Assembly (NCBI GenBank): GCA_965153455.1
Contig: OZ234493.1
Location: 4,402,001 to 4,466,000, forward strand
DNA: 64,000 bases
Direction: 5' to 3'
Origin: Sphagnum compactum
Lineage: Eukaryota
Below the pieces are notes generated by a model. That model saw only the letters and a list, made by a program, of their open reading frames with translations. It did no database searches and had not been told where the DNA came from. Below are positions 12,070-23,451 of this stretch, piece after piece (position 1 is the stretch's first letter; every line of letters begins with the position of its first letter). The translations under genes were made by a program, and so were the position numbers.

Positions 12070-15000
12070 TTACAAGCTGAAACTAACTGAATGGTAGTGG
12101 AACTTAGTATTTGAGCTTTTGAAAATCTGATTACGGCAGGCAACAGCTACACTATGTAGTAGACCTTCAGGACCAGATACGAGAACCCCCACGTCTGCAT
12201 CTACATACACTTCCTCTGCATTGTCAAAGAATTCTGCAAATCACATACATTAAAAAATAGTCAGTGTGTTATGTTTGGAAATACACTTCAACTTTGTAAG
12301 AAAATTCCAACATTACCGATTCAATGCTGTACACATAAAAAGTCCAAGAATTAATTTACCTGAGAAGTTGGGTCTTTCACCCTCCTTGATGGTGGCCTGA
12401 TCTAAAAGAGATGATGGCAAATTGTTTCCCTCCACATCAATCATTGATAGATGACTCTCTTGTAATCCCTTTTCAAGCTTGGAAGTTTTGATATTCAATG
12501 AACCAGTTGAGAGATTTTGCTCTTTCAAATCTTGATTGGCATTATTGCTTAGGGTCCTCCAAGCAAACATCACAACACCCCCAAATCCACCAATTCCCAT
12601 GATCATGCTCAAAAAGAAAAACACTACTTGTTTCCATTGTAGGTATGGGTGCTCCACGGTTGGATGGCCATAGTGATCAATAACACAGGTCTGAAAAATT
12701 CCCAGCATCAGGACAAATCCAATGAGAGAAGAAATTATCACAGCAGCAACCCACATGTTGTTTCCTGTTCCTGCCACAGGGGAGATGTATCTCAAACTTT
12801 GATTTGCAGGTTGTGCAATGGCAGAGGTATTAATCATCAAGTTGGGTGTGTCCTCCACTACTTGCAGGTTGAGTGACTCAAGGGATGGTTGGGTGACATA
12901 CACCTTGACTACAAATTTCAAATTGCTGTTGGTAATGCCTTGAAAGATTGCAGCTGGACAAATTTGTTTCAAAATGTCCAAATCTTGTGTTCTTCTCACA
13001 CACCATACCAATTCAACAGTGGATGGTAGTAGTACACCTGCTGCACCTTGTCCAAGTGATTGGTGTCGGTGCAGTAGATCCCGGAGGATTGCCATGAATG
13101 GTGTTATACCAATTCCCCCTGCAATCAACACCAATGTTTCATACCTGCAACTCCCAACCCCAAATCATTAACACATAGATTACCATTCCATTACAGCATT
13201 CAATCTCTTATATGGATTCCTGCCTGTTAGTTAAACATATCATCCTGTACAAGATAGACTGACTTCACTAATCACAAGAACTCGAGAGCACATAGTTCAC
13301 CTCATTTGAACAATCCAAAATCCACAATTGTGATAAATACAAAAGAGTGATTGATAGCTGGGACCAATGGTCAACATGGGACTTGATCATGGAATTTGGA
13401 CCAGCAAGTCAGACCACAAACTTTACATTACCTGAGGAAGAAGTTTGTCTCATGGCCATAAGGACCTTCAGCAGACAATGCCATTGACAAAGGGCATGGA
13501 GCACCACCAGGATCCATCACACCAAGTTTTGTGATGTCATGATGATTTGTTGAGCTTTGAATAGACTCCTTCAAACTCTGGGTCCAAGTACCAAGAGGCT
13601 TGATGTACACAGTTAACTCTTGGGTTCCATCAAGAGGGCTTGATGCAATGCTAAATGGATGCCATTGCAGGTAAGAGATTTGAGGCAGGTTGATGTAAAT
13701 GAAACTCAAGGAAGTGTACATTAAACCTGACAAATCGTTACAAATGTGTAGATAGTAGTGGTAGTTAGAAATCGGCTTGACCTCTGCACAAATCATCAAT
13801 CCAAAAATCTGCAATGCAAATTCCTCAAGATTTGACTACGATTCTCATTCCTTGAGCAGCAGCGGATCTACAATCTCTTTTGCTTTCATGTGCAGTACAA
13901 CATACATGTATACCTGGAGATTTATGGAACTTGAGTTCCACGACGTTGTCATGCAGAATCCGCACACTTGAAGCAGTTAAGAGTCTACGAGATTGCCAGA
14001 ATCGCATGTAACGGTCAATGAAAAACAGAATAATGCTACCCATGGCGTAGCCTGCAGTTTGAACTCCGACGTGGAAAACGAAGAATACAACGAACACCAA
14101 GTAGAGGTGATGTGCTCTATAGAACAAGTCGAAGAAACGCACACGGATGTAATGTGCAGAAGTGATCCACATGATCATCCCAGACACCGTTGCTATGAAG
14201 CCTGCCAAGACTGCGATACCTGTTGCTCGCCATGAGACTAGCTGCAAGGAGGCAACAAAAATGGTCCAAGAAAAAATTGATTATGTTCAGTCTGTCAACT
14301 GGAAAAAAATTTCCAAACCAAACTCTTCAAGGTTTCAGATTTTCACCTCAGCTTGCTTGCGCATCCACAATGTGTCCACAACAATTCTATAGAAGAATTT
14401 TTGACACCAGCTTGAAAGCTTTCTAGTTGTAGGGCTGATAGAGAGGGGAAAGGTCGAATAAAACATACATGAGCAATGTTGTTTTCGTAGGAGAAGATGG
14501 TGATGAAGATGACAGAATGCGCAAAAACAATTGTAAGCGTAATATGGCCCAACCACTTGTGGTATTTCACAGCATGTTCGAAGGGTACATCCAGCATTCG
14601 CATGATCGGAGATGATCTCGAGACTGGGATAAACAAGAGAGCAATCGAGAATGCTAGAGTTCGACCCAACATTATCGCAGCTTGTGCAAGTTTGAGAATC
14701 CACCTACATGAGTTTGAGCAAAATAACACGACGTTGAGAGTGGCCACAAAATAAATTATGCAATCAAGCTTTACATGCATGCATAGACTCAAGCTTTGTT
14801 GATCATGGCAAAGTAAGCTCTAGAATAGTGTACCTAGACTCCTCATAAGCAATGAAGAGATGCATGATCTTTTAATGCATGACGACATACTTTTTAGTTC
14901 CCGGGGGTGGTGTAGAAGTGTCAATCTTGTGAGCTTGAGGAAGATAAAACTGTACGAATATCCAAACGACTGCGAAGAGCACCATGAGGATGAGTACAAC

Positions 15001-16260
15001 ATCCATGCCTGTGACCACACCCATCAGCTTGTTGACAAAAACAGGTTGTGTTGATAAACATCTCCAGCTGCTTATGCGCGGGCTGCTTCGACTCCACAGG
15101 CCGCATCGTGGTCGAGATGATGATCGTGTTTGCCTGAATCTCAGGTTTCAAAACTCACGTCAGCATGAAACATTAAACCCACGCGAATCAAGGTTCCAAA
15201 GTCCAAGATTAGCAAGTCTGGATCATTTCTTACACCTAGAAAATAGCGCACCCACGCATGCACACATAGAGAGTTTGACAGACATACAGAGGGCCTTGAG
15301 AGATCTATGTACGAGTCTACTATATATGTCTGCATGAGATCATCAGAGATCTATTACAACACGACAACGACGACAACGACCAACGTATGTATTATGTGTC
15401 GAGGAAGCTTAAAAGCAACAAAATGAAGAAATCCAACATCTTTAGAACCATGCATGAGTCGACATGGGTCCTTTGAGGTAACATTGATCACCTCCTTTGC
15501 GCGCGGAAAGAATTTCTGTTGAGCTCCAGAAACAAAAGCCCCAACAGCGAGAGAACTAGAATTGGACCAGAATATAAGAGATAGGTTCCACCTACAAGAA
15601 CAAAGCATCAGGTCAGGACTCTTTCAATCTCCTGAGAGGTGTTGTAGCAAAACAAGGACCTAAACAGGGGGGAAAAAAAACGAACGAACGACAACAATAA
15701 CAACAACAACAAACAATTAAACACGAGCATTGAAAGTAGAAGTGCACTGAATGTCAGAGCTGCTGCTGCACGAGACTTGACTTTCATAGCACAGCGAGCT
15801 CATCCAGAAGCAAGAGTACATTACTACTACTACGTGCAAAAGGAAGTTAAAGCTGCGTCTTGTTATTGTATACAAGAATGTAAGCTTAATTTGCAATTTC
15901 AATAGAAGATGATGGAAATCATGCATCATCGACCGAAAAAATGCAGCAAAAACTGGAGAGAACTCTGATAATATTAAAAAAAAATTTACTGATATTGGAG
16001 AGGAAGTGCGACGATAGTCGATCTGTAACAATTGTCTCCAATCTACTCCCGATTCTTGTGATGGGCGTCAACAACCAAAGGACGATGTAGAACAAAACCG
16101 TGGCGCAGATCAAAACCAACACCACGCTCTTCAACAATTTCATCAAAAGCAACGTTAACATATGATGAGGAGTTGTTACTGATTCAAGGGGAATTTTTTG
16201 GGCTTCTTCTTCAGATAGCGTAATATTCTCCTCCTTCTTCAAGATCATTGTAGTTGCCAT
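12070..16260 (-). CDS. FRO: Ferric reduction oxidase (ferric-chelate reductase, FRO family), 8 exons: 16260-15990, 15591-15492, 15133-14891, 14703-14469, 14241-13914, 13726-13432, 13144-12360, 12233-12070
   Basis: The spliced frame is continuous with GT-AG introns. Motifs: heme-ligating YHKWLGH...AH and FYRAHHLY...FH, FAD-binding WHPFSIASS, EGPYG, NADPH-binding LIAGGIGITPF, RPNF, VGVLVSGP, and C-terminal YHSVSFSL*. Confidence 0.95.
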
Positions 16261-18258
16261 GACTCTTCCTTTTCTTTCTTCTTCTTATAATCTAATTGAT
16301 CAATTTAAATTCATAGCCAAAGACTCAACAAGCAGCTGCTGATTGAAGCTTTTACAAAACACGAGAGAGATAAATCGACACAGAGCTCTAGACACACAAA
16401 AACAGAGGTCTACAATGGAAAGAGTTGCACAACAATTTAGGAGAAACTCTAGAAAAGTTTCTTAACGTGAATTCCAATGCAAAACACAGCTGTGTGTTAC
16501 AAGTTACAACAACAAGAGCAGTTAGGCCTAAGATCCCTTCCACTCTCTTTAAGGAGTACTTAGGTGCAAGAACCATCCCTTTCTCTCCTATGCGACATGG
16601 CGAACTGATGCTTAAGTTCATGATAATGTTCGCATGGTGCCCCTGCTTTACATGGATGGGTAACGCTCCAGGGTGGTAGGGGCCAGTTTGCTCTGTATTT
16701 TGGAGCTCCCTAGGTTTAGGTCAAGCCCAATGGTGGAGACATTTCTATAGCCCCAGGGTGGAGGCACTTCTTTGTGTAAATGGGGGCATTTTAAATGGGT
16801 ATATTTTGTGGAAATGCCCCCCCCCACCCCCACATTGGAGGTTTCCATTACACTTAAAGCACTAGCTTTTTTTCTTCCTTTGTTATTTGACTACTGTTGG
16901 CCGAGAAGAATATATTTCAAGGGCTCTTTTGCAAGTTGGATACATAGAGAGTTTCCTCTTCACCTTTTTTTTTTCCTTTCTTTGCAATATTTTGAAGATT
17001 TCTTTACCTTTTAAAGATAAGAACTCTTGATCAACCATCATGCTATCCTCCGCAAACTAAGTCATAATAAGAAGGCCCGCCACGCACATGAACATTATTT
17101 TCTTCTTTATTCATCCTAGTTCATTTTTTTGTTCCAAAAGAGGCTGTGGTTTTTGTTCCCCTTTTTTTTTATTTGAAAAAAAGAATATTTTTTCATTTTT
17201 GTTTAGTTTTTTTCCTTGCTCTATCATACACTTGTTTTTTCTTCAGTTTTCTTGACCCAAGGACGATCTGGTCATCCTCCTTTCTTCTTTTTCTTTCTAA
17301 CCTTTTTTAAAATTTCGATAGATTATTATAATTTTCTGAACTTGGTGATCACAAGATGTCACCAAAATAAACCCTTCTTTAATAAAATTTCTTGACTGTG
17401 GCGACAACAATCATGAGGGGATGAAATATCAAATGAGGGGTACAACCCAGGCTCAATAGGGCATGACTTTATGGATAATTCTATTGTGTTTGGGAAGTGT
17501 CATTTCACATTATGGCAAATCAAAACATTGTTGTGATCGTTAGGGTTTGATTTTTTTTTCAAATATTTTTTCATTAACTTATGTTCATGAGGTCACATTG
17601 TTTTATGCTCTCACTAAATCTAAAAATATCATATGATTCTAGTTTGTTTCAAAGATACTTGTCATTACTTATTTTTATGTGTTGAAGAAAAAAAAGATAG
17701 GTTCATAGGTTGTGCTGGAAAGAACTTAAATAAAGAATATATTTTGATATTATAGTGGGAGATGTTTGGTTTATTAATTTAAAGGTGTTGGATAAACGTT
17801 ATATTCAATTCTACAAGATGTCATTCTTTGCATTTGAAAGTCTTGTTCATTAGATCACACCTTTTTTTTGCATTTTCATTATTTTTTGTGAGAGCACATC
17901 TTCCCATTCGAAAGGTGGTAAAGATTATTTTATATAGATTAGTTCATGGAATTTGATATGAGTTCATGGCTAATTTATATAATGTTGGTGCTTCCACCAT
18001 TCGAAGTGCATTGACATTATGTACGACATTTTGGAAGACAAAATTTTTTTTTACAATATTTATATTCATCTGTTGATGGGGCAATTTTTGAAATCCATTA
18101 TTGAAAAATTCAAGGATTTGACTGGCATTCAACATATTACAAGTGTGATTAATAACATTCATGTTCCATTATTTTTTCACTCATCTAGAAAGATTACAAC
18201 TATCCCAAGAGATTTGTACAATCGAAATCGTTTTTTTAATGTGGTTATGCAAGGTGTT

Positions 18259-19126
18259 TGATGCATCCCCAAACTCCTTGATAGACTCAATTATAAATCC
18301 AAATGTGAAAAACGAAAGGATAAGGAGTTGGGGTACATTCCTTGCCTCGTAGCACTTCGAAGATAAAGGGGCATGCTAAAACTCTAGAATGGGGCCTGCA
18401 TAAACCAAACAACAAATTGGTTAGTGTATAGTTGGAACACTTTTGGTACATAAACAAACCACAGGCAAACAAGGATTCATAAGACTCACCACGACCTGAA
18501 CTTGGGGGAAGCCACCACCTTCCCCCTTATAGTATTCTTTGTGCTTGGCCATGGGCTTGCACCCAAATGTCATTTTGTCCCGGGACTCCCAAGTTGGGAG
18601 TCTTGAAATCCCCAAAATTGGGACTTCCACAACTTTGGAGGCTCATAACTTTTTGTGTAGACCTCCAATTGAAGTGAAGTCTAGAGAAAAGTTGTAACCC
18701 TTGTCAAGAGTTTTTCCAACGATATGCGGCACGCCACTTGCACACAAGTAAATTAGGGCGATTCTTGATTTTTAGTGGTCGGGAGTTAAATTTGCAATTT
18801 GACTCCTGGGCCTTCTTTTGGCCATAACTTATTATTTAAGTATTCAAATGGATCATGCAAGCCCATTTTAGACATTTACGTTCTAATAGTTTTTCAATGA
18901 TATAAGGAACTCTTCAATCCAATGAGTTTGAACCTTTGCAATTGCCCTCTGAAGATTCATTAAGACTCTAAGTCCCAAAGGAAGAGCCCACTTGGGAATG
19001 TGGGTTCATTCTCTCACACTCTCCTACACTCCCGGGAGCATGAAACGTGACTTTCGAGATTCATTTTTGGCCCACACCTTTGCAAGCTCTTGCTTTGGTC
19101 ACGAGCCCAAGGCTAGGGTTGCAGTA
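18259..19126. mobile_element. Solo LTR of an LTR retrotransposon (older copy, 868 bp)
   Basis: Begins TGATGC and ends GGGTTGCAGTA (degenerate GGGTTGCGACA). Flanked by a perfect 5-bp direct repeat GTGTT (18254-18258, 19127-19131). Colinear with 20965-21787. Confidence 0.85.
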
Positions 19127-20964
19127 GTGTTTGTGACATGGATAAATGTTTTTCGAGTGTATGTGTAGGCCAACTTGGTGGTGTACATGATAGTGGACAA
19201 TTTAAGTATTAAACAAGGGGTGAAAGCATGGTCAAATAAATAACGTTGTACTTTGTCACAAAAATTACATGTAGACACAATTTTTTTTTACGCATTGAAA
19301 ATAAAAATATCATTTTTTTCAATGATTAATACGAAAATAAACTTTCACTTTAATATTATAAATTTGAAAAATGAACATTTTCATGTAGATTTAAATAGAT
19401 TTAACAAAATTGCATCTATTTGCAAGAAGTGTCAAATCTTATGAAATGGGTTGCAAGTAGATGAAACATTGACTATTTTCTATTTGCAAGTTAATGGAAA
19501 CTTAAAAAATACTTGTGTACTATAAAATTATGCATGTTACGATCATAATACATAAAATTTCTAGTGTAAAAGTAAGTTTGAACACCAAATTGACCCAATC
19601 AACATTTACAACTACAAAATCCCAATCATATGTGGCATCTATGACTAGAGATGACTACATGAAACTTTGATTAAGACATTTTCAAAGTATATAAAGTTTG
19701 AATTGACATTCTTGTTATAATCTTCACTTGATAATTTTTAGAAGGATGAGTTGTTTTTTGTAGGTTCTTTCCATTATAATTAGAACAGGAATTATGTGGG
19801 GGAAAAAAAAAACTTTCAAAAGTATAATTTAGAACTTGTTTGAATTTTTTTTGAAAACCTTGTTTTGAACTTCATTTTTTTAAAAAGTTTTTTTATTGTG
19901 TTAAAAAGTATAGATATAAATAACTGAAGAGAAATTCCAAAATAAGAGGAATAAAGTCATGTTTTTCTAGGCAAACTACAACAAAATGTAATAAAATAAC
20001 ACATATTCAACAATAAACAATAGAATGAAGATATAAAATATATCCCATTCCCATTTGGTGACCATTTTGTGGATTGAAAGATATAATTTTTCAATTTTTG
20101 GTAACATCACTTCTTCATTTAGGAGGAGTGTTTTTTGAAAAATTTTGATCTAATTTGTGAATGAAAAATGATTAAATTGTGTGAGAATTTATTTGAAAGA
20201 CTTCAATCTCATTGATGTTGAAACCCAAAGATATTTTTCGTGCTTGTAGGATATAGGATCTAAAAAGAAGTGATCTAATACATGAGGGAAAAATTTCCAC
20301 AAAATGTCATAAATTATAACTAGAAGCACTGAAAGACATCAAGATACTGAAGTAAATTGTAGCATTACAAATGTAGGAATGTTGGGAAAATAGTTGCATA
20401 ATAAATTAAGATTTGCAAACGACACTGTTGTCTCATAAAAAATGATGCTTCGAAGATGGAAGTGCAAAGAAATGAACAAAACATTTATGTGCAAAATTTT
20501 CAGGAATAGCAACATGCTAATCATACTAAAACCCAACCTTTGGAATAAGTCTGAATAATTATGAGTGATGTCCTCAAATTATTGCATACATGGAAAAAAA
20601 TGGTTTCAACTCGAATCAACACTATTTTCAATGTTGGAAATCTCTTGTGTGCATTTTATTTCTACTAATAAATTATTAGTAATGGCAACAACTTGATATT
20701 GCAATTGTCTATTGGATGGCACAAATGTAAATGATTCTACTACACACACCTACAAACATGAATTATCTTCAAGCAATTGGACAATGTTCACACAAAACAA
20801 TTGGTCATGGGCATTCCTTAAACATGTATGTTGTGTTTACTTTTTGCAATTGTTGTTTGCCTCCCCACTCTAATTTGAAATTCCCAACTTGAAAACCCAA
20901 ACTACACATTTCCCCTCGTGCTTCCTTGGTACAAGTGCCTAAATGCTTATGGTCACAAGCACAC

Positions 20965-21787
20965 TGACGCGCTCCCAAGTCCCTAGTTAGTCCCAAGATG
21001 GGACTAACTTGCTCAAATTGCGGAAAAGTGAAGCACTTGGGGCACACTCCCAGCCTTTAGCACTAAAAGGGGTAGAGGGGCGTGTTGAAGCCTCTGGATG
21101 GGACTAGGAAAAGTGACAAGCTTACTTACTTATTCGAACCTGCATCAAAACCAACCAACAAGTTGGTTAGTTCACTTTCTATAGCACCCTTGATGCTAGG
21201 CCAAGCCACGGGCAATTCAAGACTCACAAGACTCACCACGGCCGGGACTCGGGGGAAGCCACCACCTTCCCCCATATAGTATTCTCTGCGTTCACCCGCG
21301 GCACCCACATCCGAATGACTTTTTGTCCCGGGACTCCCAAGGAGGAGTCCCGAAACTATCCCGGTTTGGACTCCTAGGACTTTGAAAGCTCATAGCTCCC
21401 AGCTCAGACCTCTGATTGAGATGAGGTCTAAAGCAATCTTGTAGCTCTCGTCAAGAGCTTTCCAACGGTGTGTCGCACTCCACCTGCACACACTGGGATC
21501 GGGTCGATTCCCGACTTTTAGTGGTCAGGAGTCAAAATGTCAATTTGACTCCCGACCCTTCTTTTGACCATAACTTGTGCTGTAGATGTCCGAATGGCTC
21601 ATACAAGGTCATTTTCGACATCTACACTTTGAGACCTTTTCAACGGTATAAAAATCACCTCAATGCAAGGTGTTTTGACCCCTGTAATCAAGCTCTGAAT
21701 TTTCGGGAGTCCCAAAGGACTCCAAGTTCCCACTTTTGGGAGTGTGAGTTTCATCCTCACACTTTGCCTCAAAGTGGGGTTGCGACA
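20965..21787. mobile_element. Solo LTR of an LTR retrotransposon (823 bp)
   Basis: TG...CA termini with an imperfect terminal inverted repeat (TGACGC / GCGACA). Perfect 5-bp TSD CACAC (20960-20964, 21788-21792). No gag/pol inside. Homologous to 18259-19126. Confidence 0.9.
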
Positions 21788-23451
21788 CACACTCTTAGTT
21801 TCTTATGTTTCCTTCATGAATTTGTTTTTCAATGGGCCATAATTTGTGATTAATAGTGGTTTTCGCCCTTGGGCACAACATAATCAATAAGTGTTGATTC
21901 AACATGAGTTTGTTTTCCCACAATTTATCACAACATGGGCAATGTAAAATACACCTTGAATAGCCCATCAATTTCACACTTTTTTCTAGTCAGTCTTTTA
22001 AAGTATGGGTGAAAATCTTTTAAGTTGTACCACGCAAGATGAAATGGGCTTAGTCCTTACTACAATCTTTTTTATCATATATTTTAGTCCTCATAAAAAA
22101 TAATGAATCCAAAGTTATCAAAATTTTCAAAAAGACTATATTTTAAATTATTAAAATTTTAAATTCCATCATAATCATCCATAAATAAATAAAATTGTTT
22201 CTTTCCTCACCAAACTCACCAACAGATCCATGGACAACAAAAGAAAAGAAGACGACTTACCCTAAACCCATCTTTTTGTTGTCGTTTAAATAATCTCAAT
22301 GTATTTTCATCGACCAAGGAATTGTATCATGTACTGGTCGTCTTGCGCAATAATGAGCAGTATCTCTTGTAACAAATGTCTCCACTCTCCCTCCTCTTTT
22401 GCATTCATCACAATGTTAGTTTGCATAGGTGAATCCTCTAATACTATTGCGTCTGACTGAAAGAGGATCGCAACAGTGATGTTGGGCTGAATTTTCACCA
22501 AGTCTGTAGTAATGGCATTGGAGGTTGGACTCATTTGTTCAGTTGAAGTTGAGGACATTGTTGGTATGTTCTTTCAAGTGCTGAATCTTAATAATAGAGA
22601 ACAGTAATGCAAAAAAAAACTAAAGGAGGTCACCTCACCACTTACTGGAACACAACTTATTTGTGCACAAAACCTCTCAAACCTATGTATCCAAACAATT
22701 AGTGACAATACAAAAAACCACGAGAATTACAATCCTCAAACCCTAAACCTGCTTCCAGTGCCTGCAAGAAAACCGAATATATTCTCTAAATCCCCCATCT
22801 ACCTATGTATCGGCTGTCTGTCTGCAATTTTCTCCTCATTTGCAGATTTCCTGCTAGTGTTGGTAGCAGAACAAGTCATGTTACAAAATGATACAAAAAA
22901 TCAGACTTACGGCATGATACAAAAAACTACATTTCAATGTTCATTTTATTTTATTTTTTGGCTCCATCATGTATTTTGAAACTAAGGCCACTTTGCTACT
23001 CACTGTACAGAAATGAGATATTACAGAAGGTTTCATAGACTGCACCTACAATACACGGGCTCAAATAGATGAGATTCCATAGCCATTTCAACATGACAAA
23101 CTTCACTTTTGCTCTACCCTGAGTAGTATATCTCTACTAGTAAATACACAAACATAGAAGATAATAATGCAGTTCAATACTTATTACAACAGGAAAGGCC
23201 ACTTAAGTCTAGCAAAAGCATAGTCAAAACTTTTCAATCCCAGGGAACAACTTTCCACCCTCTTCCATACCAATCACAATGCTTTTATGGTGAAGAGTCA
23301 CACAAAGGTCTTCACAAAATTGCAACAAACAAATATCTCAGCAAGATTGATCCAAAACTTCATGAGCCCAAACCTTTTCTATATAAGCCAAGGGTTGCTG
23401 CCAACCATAGTCAAAAAGACTTTAATAAGACCCAATTGTTGCTGCCTACAT

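Noticed and set aside
18421-21853. ORFs containing EYYxGEGGGFP and the 127-aa ORF at 21470
   Set aside because: They lie inside the solo LTRs, and the frames are not preserved between copies.
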